Positions 11,000 through 21,718 of a stretch of 64,000 bases of DNA are shown here, piece by piece. The stretch comes from Nitrospirota bacterium (GTDB lineage Bacteria > Nitrospirota > UBA9217). Location of the stretch: positions 224,001 through 288,000 of the forward strand of contig CAVWHO010000010.1 in the NCBI GenBank assembly GCA_963754875.1. Direction: 5' to 3'. Position numbers and translations under genes: made by a program. The notes under the pieces were generated by a model that had not been told where the DNA came from, did not search any database, and saw nothing but the letters and a program-made list of their open reading frames with translations. The first letter of the stretch is position 1, and the number at the start of each line of letters is the position of its first letter.

Positions 11000-12100
11000 A
11001 TGAAAAGAATCTATCTTCTGGTCGCAGTGTTTGGTTCCTTGTTCTTTATTCTAACAGCCTGTAAAGGGGGCGACAATAATTCAACTTCAACACTAGTTCC
11101 GCGGTTTGCTTATGTCGTCAATCAGACGGATGCCACTGTTTCGCAATACACGATTGAAGCTAATGGTGGCCTATTGCCAATGAGTTTGCCCACTGTTTCG
11201 ACCGGAGCAGTCCCAATCTCCATAACAGTTGACCCGGCGGGCAAGTATGCATATGTCGTTAATTGGGGTAACAACAGCATCTCGCAATATACAATCAGTT
11301 CTGACGGAAGTCTTGCGCCCATGAGTTCTCCCTCAGTATCGACCGGAATGAGTCCTCATTCCATGACCATTGATTCCTCCGGAAAATATGCTTTCGTAGC
11401 AAATAGGAACGATAATAGCATATCACAATACGGAATCGGCACACACGGAAGGCTCATATCAATGAGTACTCCTACTATTCAGACAATCGAAGGTCCTATT
11501 TCCGTCACTGTTGACCCGTTTGGTAAGTACGCATACGTCGTAAATGACAGCAATACAGGTTCAAGCATTGCACAGTATACGATCAGTGTTGACGGCAGTC
11601 TCACCCCAATGAGCGTTGCCACAGTTCCGGCTGGTGTAAATTCCATGTCCATCGCCGCTCACCCCTCCGGAAAGTATGTTTACGCGGTTAATGCCAGTAG
11701 CAATAACATTTCGCAATACACGATCGGCGTAGATGGCAGCCTGTCGCCGATGAGCGCCGCCACAGTTACAACTGGGCAAGAACCTTTGTCAATCAGTATC
11801 GATCCCTCCGGTAAGTACGCATATGTGACCAATTGGAGCGACAACGGCATATCTCAATTTTCGATTGATGCAAATGGAAACCTCACTCCGCTGGCTGTTA
11901 CTACTATTGCTGCGGGTCAAAGTCCCATATTCATCGCCGTCGATGTCTCGGGAAAGTACGCATATTCGGCTAACTTCGGTGATGGCACCATATCTCAGTT
12001 TATGAGCCGATCTGACGGCAGCCTCTCCTCGATGAGTACAGCAACGATCTCGACAGGATGGTGCCCGACCTTTATAACAACCGTGGGGCGGTATCAGTAA
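11000..12100 (+). CDS. 7-bladed beta-propeller lipoprotein (lactonase/YVTN-like)
   Basis: Lipobox LTA-C; seven ~45-aa repeats of (D/H)PsGKYAYVvN..ISQYtI..DGSL. Confidence 0.85.
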   Translation: MKRIYLLVAVFGSLFFILTACKGGDNNSTSTLVPRFAYVVNQTDATVSQYTIEANGGLLPMSLPTVSTGAVPISITVDPAGKYAYVVNWGNNSISQYTISSDGSLAPMSSPSVSTGMSPHSMTIDSSGKYAFVANRNDNSISQYGIGTHGRLISMSTPTIQTIEGPISVTVDPFGKYAYVVNDSNTGSSIAQYTISVDGSLTPMSVATVPAGVNSMSIAAHPSGKYVYAVNASSNNISQYTIGVDGSLSPMSAATVTTGQEPLSISIDPSGKYAYVTNWSDNGISQFSIDANGNLTPLAVTTIAAGQSPIFIAVDVSGKYAYSANFGDGTISQFMSRSDGSLSSMSTATISTGWCPTFITTVGRYQ

Positions 12101-12202
12101 TAAATACACTTATATCATACTCTGAAACCGTGGATGAGTCGAAGTTGCCATGAGTGAGCGGTGAACACGAGGTGCCGAAGGATCAAATTAACAAGCGGGT
12201 CC

Positions 12203-14340
12203 TTGCGTCAAGGTAAGCCCGAGACAGTGGGAATCCCGCCGTGAGGCGCGATGAAATCTGTCATTGTTGTCCAGTGGGTGAGAGCGCCGATTGCTCAAGT
12301 CCCATCCGACTAAAGCCTAGCCGGCAGGTCGGTAGCGAAGCCCGCGTGCGTTTCCGTGAGGAAAGGTGCGAAGCCGGGCGGAGCAAGTTTGCAGGCCGTG
12401 TTATTGAATCCCGAAATATGTATAGTTGTGGACAGTAGGATAACCTTCAAAGCATCGGAGGGAAAGCCAACGTATGGACCCAACGGAAGGCAGCAGTCCC
12501 CGGAGCGCTACGGCGAGCGAAAGGGACACCACCGGGATCTTAGAGCGGGGCACGCACACAAAGGGATAACTCGGGAACTTGAGAGAGCCTGATGTTTCCA
12601 TGCTGAACAGCCGGACGGACACCGGCGGAACAAAGTCCATGGCGTCGGTAACGCGCTCTCTAATGCCGACGATCGAAACCAGAGAGCAAGCATGGTATCG
12701 TAGCGCCACCTAAAGCGAAGTGCTGCGAGACGGGCGTCAGGCAGTCTTAGCCGATCATAGTACCGATGGTCCCAAAGCATCCGGGACCGGGAAGGTGGGG
12801 AACCGAGGTCCAAGGGACCCACTCAAGGGAAGGAAAGGCCGGGCATAACGTCTTCTGGAAGGAACTATGAGAGATACTCCGGGATCGCCAATCATATCAC
12901 CGAAACTCCAGAAGGTTGCGGAACAGGCACGGAAGTATCCGGAGATGGTGTTCAACAATCTGTATCACCTGATCGATCATGAACTTCTCTTGGAAGCCTA
13001 CCACCGGACGAGCAAAGACAGTGCGCCAGGGGTGGATAAGGTCACGGCACAAGAATACGCCGAAGCCTTGTACGGAAACCTCCACGACCTGCACGAACGG
13101 CTCAAATCAAGCCGTTACGTGGCTCCGCCCGTCGAACGGGTATGGATCAAGAAGGAAGACGGCAAGCTGAGACCGATAGGCAAACCCTGCTACGGAGACA
13201 AGATCGTCCAACGAGCGGTGGTCATGATCCTGGAAGTCATCTTCGAGCCGATATTCCAATCGTTCTCCCATGGCTTCAGAAAAGGTCATAGTCAGCATCA
13301 GGCGATACGGGAACTACGAGAACAGTGCATCAAACTGAACATCAACTGGATAGTGGATGCGGATGTAAGCGGATTTTTCGATACCATCAATCACGAAATG
13401 CTCAGAAGCTTCATCGAGAAGAAAGTGAAGGATGGAGGAATACTGAGGCTCATCGGCAAATGGCTCAATGCCGGAGTGCTCGACGGCGGGAGCATGATAT
13501 ATCCCGACAACGGCACCCCACAGGGCGGAGTAGCATCGCCGATGCTCGCCAACATATTCCTGCACTATGTGCTGGATGAATGGTATGTACAGGACGTACA
13601 GCCACGCCTCAAGGGAAAGAGCTTTCTGATTCGGTATGCCGATGATTTTATCATCGGTTTCGAGCACGAAGCCGACGCCCGCCGGGTCATGGAAGTCCTG
13701 CCGAAACGGTTCAGCCGCTTCAAGCTGACCATTCATCCCGAAAAGACGAAGCTGGTGCGGTTCATCCAGCCGTCCCCGAAAGAGGAGACGGAAAAGGAAA
13801 ATGGGACATTCGATTTTCTCGGATTCACCCATTACTGGGCCAAATCGCTTCACGGTTACTGGTTCATCAAGCGAAAGACAATCGGCAAGCGGCTCCGAAG
13901 GTTCATGAAAGCTATATGGGAATGGTGCCGGGAGAATATGCACGAACCCATTGAGGAACAGCACAAAGCGCTGCGTTCCAAGCTGCGCGGCTACTACCAG
14001 TACTACGGGATTCGCGGAAACTACAAGATGCTTGAAGTGGTATTTGAGCATACTGAGCGAGCCTGGCGGCGCTGGCTAGGGAGGCGCTGCAGCAAAGGCT
14101 ACGTGACCGTCGAGGAGTTTGACAGCTTCCACCGGAGGGTCTTTCCGCTGCCGAAACCCAGGATCATCCACAACGTCTGACCGGGCCAAGGGACAGCAAA
14201 AGTTATGCGCCAAACGGGGACGCGTCACCTGTTTGGTTAGCCGCGGGCTAAGGCCTGCGGTGACTGACGAACCGGATGCCTTAATCGGGCACGTCCGGGT
14301 CTGTGGGGGGAGCGGCGGGCAACCGCTGCTCCTACCCGGA
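12203..14340 (+). mobile_element. Group II intron (bacterial class E-like), complete
   Basis: 5' TTGCG; EBS1 hairpin loop GGACCC (12476-12481) complementary to exon GGGTCC; RT ORF; DV GAACCGGATGCC...GGGCACGTCCGGGTC at 14269-14301; DVI with bulged A at 14334. Confidence 0.88.
12867..14180 (+). CDS. ltrA: Group II intron reverse transcriptase/maturase, no endonuclease domain
   Basis: APGVD, RPIG, GTPQGG, YADD, FDFLGF, maturase domain, ends at LPKPRIIH. Confidence 0.95.
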   Translation: MRDTPGSPIISPKLQKVAEQARKYPEMVFNNLYHLIDHELLLEAYHRTSKDSAPGVDKVTAQEYAEALYGNLHDLHERLKSSRYVAPPVERVWIKKEDGKLRPIGKPCYGDKIVQRAVVMILEVIFEPIFQSFSHGFRKGHSQHQAIRELREQCIKLNINWIVDADVSGFFDTINHEMLRSFIEKKVKDGGILRLIGKWLNAGVLDGGSMIYPDNGTPQGGVASPMLANIFLHYVLDEWYVQDVQPRLKGKSFLIRYADDFIIGFEHEADARRVMEVLPKRFSRFKLTIHPEKTKLVRFIQPSPKEETEKENGTFDFLGFTHYWAKSLHGYWFIKRKTIGKRLRRFMKAIWEWCRENMHEPIEEQHKALRSKLRGYYQYYGIRGNYKMLEVVFEHTERAWRRWLGRRCSKGYVTVEEFDSFHRRVFPLPKPRIIHNV

Positions 14341-14376
14341 ACAGCGACGCGCCAAAGGCGGCGCGTGACCCGCGAG

Positions 14377-15103
14377 TTAGGCCACATCCGAACATGCGAG
14401 AGGAGAATCATGAGCAAAGTATTCGTCAACATTGGACTTAGCCTCGATGGCTACATGGCACCGGAAGGAATGACCATGGAGCAAGCCTGAGTACAAGAAC
14501 TGGGGCGCGAAGTGGGGTGCGCTGATGGCCTGGATCATCAATCAACAGTACTTCCGCGAGAACCTCAAGCTCGGACCAGGGGGAGAGACCGGCCCGGTCA
14601 ATGACCTGGTTCGCAGCACCACGGAGCGCATCGGTGCCAACATTATGGGCAAGCGAATGTTCGACCAAGGCGAGGTCGCCTGGCCAGAGGAGGCTCCGTT
14701 TCACACACCGGTATACGTTCTTACCCATGAGAAACGCGAACCCTGGGTGCGCCCCGGCGGGACGACCTTTTACTTCATCAATGACGGGCCGGAGCGTGCC
14801 CTAGAGCTGGCTCGGGAATCCGCAGGCAGTCGTGATATTCGTATCGCGGGTGGAGCGGATGTGATCCAGCAGTACCTGAACCTGGGTGTCATCGACGAGC
14901 TGGAAATCGCCTTGGCACCCGTGTTGTTCGGCGGCGGGCGGCGTCTCTTCGAGAACCTACGCGAGCCCGGGCCGCAGTTTCGCATTGACAAGGTTCTTGA
15001 TGGTCCAGCCGCCACACACTTGCGCTATGTGCGTCAGTGAGGGCGGCCTAACAACCGGTTGCAGCGGACGGTCCGCTGCACGGCCCGCCGTTGAACCGGA
15101 GCG
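14377..15103 (+). mobile_element. Integron gene cassette carrying the DHFR-family gene
   Basis: Starts G|TTAGGC and its own attC begins with the complementary GCCTAAC; single ORF with SD AGGAG and no promoter. Confidence 0.8.
14410..15040 (+). CDS. Dihydrofolate reductase / RibD C-terminal family protein; +1 frameshift at ~14482
   Basis: SLDGY N-terminus, IMGKRMF, VYVLTH, IAGGA, IDELEIALAPVLFGGGRRLF; removing one base at ~14482 joins the frames (209 aa). Confidence 0.85.
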
Positions 15104-15109
15104 TTCACA
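15046..15109 (+). other. Integron attC site
   Basis: GCCTAAC-aa-CCGGTT(G)CAGCGG(A)CGG...CCGCCGTTGAACCGG-agc-GTT with two extrahelical bases, 5 bp after the stop. Confidence 0.85.
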
Positions 15110-15253
15110 TGTAAGTTTCATCTGGAATTCTTCACCCGTGTTATATTTCTGTCATCCCATGGTTGTAGGTGTCAACGTCGGTCGAGCCGGATTCGCGTCT
15201 TAACATATTCCAATCGAAGTAAATAAGCTCACGCCAAAATACTACCGAAACAG

Positions 15254-15283
15254 TTGACAAAAAATGCAAAATATACATATAAT
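15254..15283 (+). promoter_or_regulatory. Consensus sigma70 promoter
   Basis: TTGACA-N18-TATAAT upstream of the MFS-like gene. Confidence 0.7.
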
Positions 15284-15309
15284 AAACTCGGACTTCAATA
15301 AGTCATTCT

Positions 15310-16431
15310 TTGATTAGCTTTGTTATGATGACGCTGACTAAACATAACCTGCCTGTCCTTGCCAAGCCGTCATATGTGCTTGCGACGTACAGCATAGGGC
15401 ACATGATTGTTGATGGAGCATGCGCACTTTCAATTTTGTCGTTATATTGGCTTGCACCTCTGAACTGGGAGGCTATTTATCGGCTCATTATTCTGTATAA
15501 TGTAATTGCCTTTGGCCTTCAACCGTTATTTGGACATTTGCTTGACGCTTATAAAGCGCATCATTACGGCGCCACTGCTGGACTTTTCATTACTGCGGCG
15601 GGGGCCGTCATCGCACCTGCTGCACCATCAGCTGCGGTTGTAATTTTCGGTTTGGGCAATGCTCTTTTTCACACAGGAGCAGGCGCACAGGTCTTCGCGA
15701 ACTCCGGTGGTAGTGCGACAGCTTCCGGTATATTTATTGCGCCGGGCGCAATTGGTCTTTTTCTAGGTGGAATTTTAGCAAAAGGCCACATTCATCCTTT
15801 CTTTTCGTTGCCAGCACTTTGTGTGTCAGCATTACTTTTGCTTCTGTGTCCTTCAATAAAATCTCTTAAAAAGCCGGCAGACATGACAGCTCCCGCTCGT
15901 TATGACTGGCGCTTAGTCATAGTTATGTTCCTGATGTTTATAGTGCTATCTCGTTCGGCAGCAGGGTTCGTATTGCCCCTGATGTTGCAGGGAACGCAAA
16001 AGCCGATACTGCTTTTTGTCATAGCAGCTTTTGCTGGCAAGTTTTTCGGCGGAGTTCTGGCAGACCGCTTCGGATGGCTTTCCACCACCTTCATCTTCCT
16101 TTGTGCAGCAGGTGGCATGGCGGCAATGCATCAAGAGTCCCTTTTTGTGGCATTTTTCGCCATGTTATTTGTTCAGGCGACTACTGGGGTTACTTTGGCG
16201 GCCACTCAATCTGTATTTCCTAATCGCCCTGGCTTTGCTTTTGGGCTGCCTTGTATAGCAATCTTGGCTGCAGCATATCCCTTTTCATTGCGATACCCTC
16301 TTATAACGCCTCCTGCGGGGTTAGTTGCGTCATTATGCTTTACATCAGCGTTAGTAATAATGGGGATCAAGTTGTTTCCGAAGAGCGAAACCAAAGTGTT
16401 TGGACGAAGAAGTGCGACGCAGGCTCGTTGA
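15310..16431 (+). CDS. MFS-like membrane protein (Fsr-like)
   Basis: About 12 hydrophobic segments, GHMIVDG, GKFFGGVLADRFG motif. Confidence 0.75.
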   Translation: MISFVMMTLTKHNLPVLAKPSYVLATYSIGHMIVDGACALSILSLYWLAPLNWEAIYRLIILYNVIAFGLQPLFGHLLDAYKAHHYGATAGLFITAAGAVIAPAAPSAAVVIFGLGNALFHTGAGAQVFANSGGSATASGIFIAPGAIGLFLGGILAKGHIHPFFSLPALCVSALLLLLCPSIKSLKKPADMTAPARYDWRLVIVMFLMFIVLSRSAAGFVLPLMLQGTQKPILLFVIAAFAGKFFGGVLADRFGWLSTTFIFLCAAGGMAAMHQESLFVAFFAMLFVQATTGVTLAATQSVFPNRPGFAFGLPCIAILAAAYPFSLRYPLITPPAGLVASLCFTSALVIMGIKLFPKSETKVFGRRSATQAR

Positions 16432-16504
16432 TGTATCCTCATGGGTAAAGATTGAAAATTACTTAGGGGAATAAGAAACTCTATAAACTCGGGAGGTGAT
16501 TCCA

Positions 16505-16660
16505 TTGAAGAACACTTTACTTTTATTTCTTATCGTGACTTTGTTAAGTATGCTTTCCTGCTCACCGCACACACATCAAGACATTTCTAATACTCCAAAT
16601 TACTATAACCAGCCGCTCGATGCTAACAACGTAACAATTTCTCTTCAAATCATTCAATAG
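16505..16660 (+). CDS. Small putative lipoprotein, 51 aa, not in ORF track
   Basis: SD GGGAGGTG, TTG start, MKNTLLLFLIVTLLSMLS-C lipobox, stop TAG at 16658-16660. Confidence 0.6.
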   Translation: MKNTLLLFLIVTLLSMLSCSPHTHQDISNTPNYYNQPLDANNVTISLQIIQ

Positions 16661-16672
16661 GGGGTTAGCAAG

Positions 16673-17170
16673 ATGAGAAAAACCTTTGTTGCTGTCATTC
16701 TTTTAACTTTCTTTCTGCCTTTAGCCGGGAGCGCTGATATAATACAACCCGGCTATCATACACTTCAGAGAGAAGTTGTCATAACGAATATCAGTTCCTA
16801 CCCGGACATAGCAATAATAGCTTATCAGACCGGGCCTATGATCCAAACTTATGCAGCCCAGCAGGTCCAAGAAAATGCTGCCCTCAATGTCAGCTATAAG
16901 TTCAACGCTCTTAATATTCTTGCAGTTAAACAAGCTTATATTAACGCCGCAGGCGGTATAAACAATATTGACTTCAGCACAATGACACAAAAGCTGAATC
17001 TCGACTTCCTCGGGCCATGTATTGCGACAGTGCCTGATAGTATCCCTGTCATCTACGAGAAGATAACCTATGAGTTGCGGAGTGAGACGAGTACCACGCT
17101 TACGCTGCATGTTACCCAACGACTACTTCGTTTTAATGACGGATCCCCGGATCGAACAGAAACATACTAA
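16673..17170 (+). CDS. Secreted hypothetical protein
   Basis: Signal peptide ending AGSA-DII; operon spacing. Confidence 0.7.
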   Translation: MRKTFVAVILLTFFLPLAGSADIIQPGYHTLQREVVITNISSYPDIAIIAYQTGPMIQTYAAQQVQENAALNVSYKFNALNILAVKQAYINAAGGINNIDFSTMTQKLNLDFLGPCIATVPDSIPVIYEKITYELRSETSTTLTLHVTQRLLRFNDGSPDRTETY

Positions 17171-17184
17171 TAACCCAAGCAAGC

Positions 17185-17541
17185 ATGTACGAATATCAAT
17201 TTCTCAAATCGCTTTGCTTGACGATAGCCGTCGAAACTGCTGTCTTATTCATTATAATCCGCTACTCGTTTTTACTCTCCAAGACGGTTATTTCAAGCGG
17301 ACTTATTTTCTTTTCAGGGGTCATCTCCTCTGGGTTTACTTTGCCTTATTTATGGTTTGTGCTGCCGGCTTTTATAGGACAGCGTAAACTCTATATCGTT
17401 GTTGGCGAAGTATCTGCAGTACTCGTGGAGATGATAATATACTGGTTTGTACTCAAATTAAATCTCAGGAGATGCAGCATTTTATCTATAGCGTCCAATT
17501 TATGTTCTTACTTGATTGGGGCGTTTCTTTTTGGATTCTAA
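17185..17541 (+). CDS. Small 4-TM hypothetical membrane protein
   Basis: Hydrophobic, with intramembrane Glu/Asn (TIAVE, TLPYLW, GE...VE, SN..S). Confidence 0.7.
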   Translation: MYEYQFLKSLCLTIAVETAVLFIIIRYSFLLSKTVISSGLIFFSGVISSGFTLPYLWFVLPAFIGQRKLYIVVGEVSAVLVEMIIYWFVLKLNLRRCSILSIASNLCSYLIGAFLFGF

Positions 17542-17842
17542 TTTGCAAAGCAGTTATTAAATTGTCCGTTCGAGACGCCTTGAACGAGCGTCCCATAAAG
17601 AAGCTTTCCTTGTGAATTACTGCCGGAAATTCGCAGACTAACCGCCGAAGTGGATCTGAAGTTTTGTAGGTGAACCTCTCAGCGATCCTAATTAGATTGA
17701 GGTGAAGAATCTTGTTATTATGTTATAAAGAATTATTGCTATAATATTTTACAGCTGCGAAGGTATCGAATTTGCGGCGTGAACGAATTGCAACAATATA
17801 GAGGACCCGGGTAATTTTCGTGAAAGTTTCACAGGAGCGTTC

Positions 17843-20800
17843 ATGATACTTCAGTTATTGAATCCAGACAACTATCATTTCACTGTTCATGCGCTCCCGA
17901 TGCTCATTGTAGGTGTGGCAATCCTCATCCTTGGGTTCTTTGTCATCATCCGGGAGCGTATGTCCCCTGTCGGGGCATCATTTCTTTTCATGTGCCTGTC
18001 CGTCAGCCTTTACCTGATCCCAGCTGCTTTGAACAGTGCAAGCCAGGACATCAGCCTGTCGCTTGTGTGGATCAAAATTGAGAATCTGGGCGCCATTTTT
18101 ATTCCGAGCAGCCTCCTAGTCTTGACGACGGCACTCTTCGGACTTACGCATCGTTATCGATCAGTCATCGCGGCCAGCATCGTTCTATCCATCCTGTTCG
18201 CTTTTGGACTTTTCTTTACGGATCTGCACGTCCGACGGGTCCAACACTTCTCCTGGGGCAACTATGGTCGGTACGGCCCTTTCGGATATGCTTTCATATG
18301 TTATTTCTTCGCAATAATGGTTTTTATCCTGCGACTCTACTGGCAAGAGTATCGTCGCTGCACAACGGAGCGGCAGATGAAGCGATACCGGGGGCTGTTG
18401 ACGGCCATCAGCGGCGGGTTCCTCGGCTCCGTTGACTTTCTTGCTGCCATCGGTATCCCCGTCTATCCATTCGGCTATGTATTCGTGGGATTCGTCGTTG
18501 CGGTATGCACGTACGTCATTCTGCGCTACCGACTTGTGGACATCACGCCGGAGCTGGCTGCCGGCCAAATCCTCGAGACCATGCAGGGCGCAGTCATTGT
18601 CACCAGCACGGATGGCAGAATCAGGGTCATCAACGACGTGGCACTCAAGATGCTTGGGTATCCCAGATCCGAGCTGATCGGCAGGGACCTCAGGAGCGTT
18701 CTTCCCGTTCCCCCAGATTTCAGCGCTTCCGTCCAGGCCGGAGAGAGCGCCGCCTCCCGCGAAATGGTCTGGCAGGGTAGAAACAGTAAGTATGAAGTGA
18801 ACATGTCGGTGTCTCTGCTCTCCGACCCTCAGGATGGCGAGCCGGCAGGGATCGTCTATGTAGCCTCCGACATCACCGAGCGCAAACATGCTGAAAAAAA
18901 ACTGCGAGAAAGCGAAGAAAAGTATCGTTTGATATTTCATAATAGTCCCATTGGGATATTCAATTATGATACCCAACTCCACATTACCGATTGCAATGAC
19001 AGTTTCATAGACATCCTGCGATCAAGTCGAAAGAATCTGATAGGACTTGATATGAATATATTAAGCGATCAGAGAGTGTTGCCTGCCATACGCGAAGCAA
19101 TAGAAGGAAAAGAAGGAATTTATGAGGGTTATTATCAAGCCACAACAAGCCTGGCAGAAATCCATATAGCAATGCACACTGCCCCCATCGTTGGCCAGGA
19201 TGGTAAAATTAAAGGTGGCGTAGGGCTAGTAGAAGACATCACAGAACAAGCGCGGATGAAAGAGTCTTTACAGGAACAAAAATGGTTCGCCGAGAATTTG
19301 ATTGAAAATTCAGCAGTTGCGACCTTTGTTTTGGACGCTCAGCACAAAATAGTTCTTTGGAATAAGGCATGTGAAGAGCTTACCGGCTTATCATCCGCTG
19401 CTATGATAGGAACCGATAACCAGTGGAAGCCTTTTTATGAAAACAAACGGCCGACCATTGCGGACGTCGTTATTGGCGGTGATTTTGATGAACTTCCTGC
19501 CCTCTATTCAAATCATGCGAAGTCTACACTCTCACCGGATGCATTGCATGCAGAAGGCTGGCGATCTAACCTACACGGTAAGGACAGATATATTCTTTTC
19601 GATGCCGCACCTCTCTACGACAGCAACGGGGTTTTAATTGCAGCCATCCAGACGCTGCAAGATATCACGGAGCGAAAGCACGCTGAAGAGGAAATTAACC
19701 GGAACTATGATACCCAGGCGGTAATCAATTCACTATTGCGCCTCTCTCTGGAAAAGGTCCCTCTCGAGGATATTCTCAATCGCGCCCTGGACCTTGTCCT
19801 CTCAATACCCTGGCTTGTCTCTCAATCGAGAGGCGCTATATTTCTTTCTGAAAATGAACATGGGTTGTTAACTTTAAAAGCGCAAAGAAATCTCGACGAA
19901 CGGATTCAAAAAATGTGTGCGGGTGTTCCTACGGGTAAATGCATCTGCGGACAAGCTGCATTAACACAAAAAATCATGTTTGTCGATAGCGTTGATGAGC
20001 GTCATGAAATCTCTTACGACGGCATCTATCCGCACGGTCATTACTGCGTCCCCATAATTTTCGCCGAGAGAACATTGGGGGTGGTAAATGTCTATGTGAA
20101 GAGTGGGCATAAAAGCAATGAACGAGAGCAGGAATTGCTCGTAACAATTGCAAACACACTAGCAGGCATCATCGTTCGCAGGCAGGCGGAAGACTCGCTC
20201 GTAGAAAGCGAACAAAAATTGCAGGCCATCACCGATACGGCCGCCGATGCCATTATCTTGATCGACCATGAAGAAAAGATCATATACTGGAATTCGTCCG
20301 CAAGCAGCATGCTCGGATATTCCCCGGAAGAGATCATGGGGAAAAACATCATGGTCATCATACCTCTCCGATATAGAAAAACACATGCACTGGCATTTAA
20401 GATATTTACAGAAACCGGCCAGGGTGCGTTGTTGGGGAAAACATACCAAGTTTTTGCAGTTAAAAAAGACGGCACTGAAATTCCAATAGAGTTGGCCGTT
20501 TCCGGTATCCCCCTCAAAGGCCAGTGGCATGCCGCGGGGATCATCCGTGATATCTCTGAGCGGAAAAAACTTGAAAGTCAGCTGATGCAAGCTCAAAAAA
20601 TGGAGGCGGTCGGCCAGCTGTCAGGAGGCATCGCCCATGATTTCAACAATATTCTTTCGGCAATCGTCGGATACGGCAATATCCTGCAAATGAAAATGCG
20701 GACAGATGACCCGTTAAGAGAATATTTGAGCCAGATACTTGCCTCTGCTGAGCGTGCCGCAAGCCTGACCCAGAGCCTTCTTGCATTCAGCAGGAAGCAA

Positions 20801-21718
20801 GTCATCAGTCCCAAAAACATTGACCTGAACGAGAGTATACGCAAGGTTGAAATGTTCCTTATAAGGACGATTGGAGAAGATATTGTTCTGTCGACCTCGT
20901 TAAGTGAAGAGGCACTGACGATATTCTTCGATCCCACGCAAATCGAACAAGTGTTGATGAACCTGGCCACCAACGCGCGGGACGCCATGCCAAAGGGCGG
21001 AAAACTCATAATTGAAACGAGACGGGTAATGCTCGATGATGAGTATATACGGTCTCATGGTTTTGGATTGCCCGGCTACTACGCATTGCTAACGGTGAGC
21101 GACACTGGTGAGGGTATGGATGAACAGACGCAGAAAAAAATATTTGAACCCTTCTTCACGACCAAGGAACTCGGTAGAGGGACAGGACTTGGACTTGCCA
21201 TCGTATACGGAATCGTAAAACAGAATAACGGCTATATTAACGTGTACAGCGAGGTAGGTTCAGGAACGACGTTCAAGTTATACCTCCCGTTCGTCAATGC
21301 CCAATCGGAAAAAGAGCAGCATCCTGAGGTCCAGCAGCCGCTTCGGGGAGGAACGGAGACCATCTTGTTCGCCGAAGACAATGAGACTGTAAGACAGTTG
21401 AACAGAGATCTGCTAAAGGAATTCGGCTATACCGTAATCGAGGCTACGGATGGGGAAGAGGCACTGCAGAAGTTCCGGGAGCACCGGGACCGGATCAGCC
21501 TGATCATCCTGGACGTTATCATGCCTAAGAAGAACGGTAGGGAGGTCTACGAAGAGGTAAGTCGAAGCAAGTCGAACGTAAAGGTGATCTTCACGAGCGG
21601 GTATCCAGCGGACTTGATTCAGAAAGAAAATGTACTCGAAAAAGGACTGCATTTTCTCTCGAAACCGTTTTCACCTCAGGCTCTACTGCGGACGGTCAGG
21701 GGTGTGCTTGATCAATAG
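17843..21718 (+). CDS. Hybrid sensor histidine kinase (7TM N-terminus, multiple PAS, GAF, HisKA, HATPase, REC)
   Basis: Repeated DITER/DITE PAS ends, AHDFNN H-box, NARDAM, GTGLGL, C-terminal receiver (ED, DVIMP, KP). Confidence 0.95.
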   Translation: MILQLLNPDNYHFTVHALPMLIVGVAILILGFFVIIRERMSPVGASFLFMCLSVSLYLIPAALNSASQDISLSLVWIKIENLGAIFIPSSLLVLTTALFGLTHRYRSVIAASIVLSILFAFGLFFTDLHVRRVQHFSWGNYGRYGPFGYAFICYFFAIMVFILRLYWQEYRRCTTERQMKRYRGLLTAISGGFLGSVDFLAAIGIPVYPFGYVFVGFVVAVCTYVILRYRLVDITPELAAGQILETMQGAVIVTSTDGRIRVINDVALKMLGYPRSELIGRDLRSVLPVPPDFSASVQAGESAASREMVWQGRNSKYEVNMSVSLLSDPQDGEPAGIVYVASDITERKHAEKKLRESEEKYRLIFHNSPIGIFNYDTQLHITDCNDSFIDILRSSRKNLIGLDMNILSDQRVLPAIREAIEGKEGIYEGYYQATTSLAEIHIAMHTAPIVGQDGKIKGGVGLVEDITEQARMKESLQEQKWFAENLIENSAVATFVLDAQHKIVLWNKACEELTGLSSAAMIGTDNQWKPFYENKRPTIADVVIGGDFDELPALYSNHAKSTLSPDALHAEGWRSNLHGKDRYILFDAAPLYDSNGVLIAAIQTLQDITERKHAEEEINRNYDTQAVINSLLRLSLEKVPLEDILNRALDLVLSIPWLVSQSRGAIFLSENEHGLLTLKAQRNLDERIQKMCAGVPTGKCICGQAALTQKIMFVDSVDERHEISYDGIYPHGHYCVPIIFAERTLGVVNVYVKSGHKSNEREQELLVTIANTLAGIIVRRQAEDSLVESEQKLQAITDTAADAIILIDHEEKIIYWNSSASSMLGYSPEEIMGKNIMVIIPLRYRKTHALAFKIFTETGQGALLGKTYQVFAVKKDGTEIPIELAVSGIPLKGQWHAAGIIRDISERKKLESQLMQAQKMEAVGQLSGGIAHDFNNILSAIVGYGNILQMKMRTDDPLREYLSQILASAERAASLTQSLLAFSRKQVISPKNIDLNESIRKVEMFLIRTIGEDIVLSTSLSEEALTIFFDPTQIEQVLMNLATNARDAMPKGGKLIIETRRVMLDDEYIRSHGFGLPGYYALLTVSDTGEGMDEQTQKKIFEPFFTTKELGRGTGLGLAIVYGIVKQNNGYINVYSEVGSGTTFKLYLPFVNAQSEKEQHPEVQQPLRGGTETILFAEDNETVRQLNRDLLKEFGYTVIEATDGEEALQKFREHRDRISLIILDVIMPKKNGREVYEEVSRSKSNVKVIFTSGYPADLIQKENVLEKGLHFLSKPFSPQALLRTVRGVLDQ

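Larger units (their letters stand above)
12186..14382 (+). other. Integron attC site split by the group II intron (halves 12186-12202 and 14341-14382; 59 bp when rejoined)
   Basis: R''-like AATTAAC, CGGGTC-C|A pairing with TGACCCG, R' GTTAGGC. Confidence 0.8.

Noticed and set aside
12867..14180. RT as part of a DGR, retron or CRISPR-RT system
   Set aside because: DV/DVI, EBS1 and the maturase domain identify a group II intron; no TR/VR pair, msr-msd or cas genes were seen.
14488..14490. In-frame TGA in the DHFR-like gene (and at 487-489 in rsbU) as selenocysteine
   Set aside because: The downstream coding sequence is in a different frame, so these are frameshifts, not readthrough.
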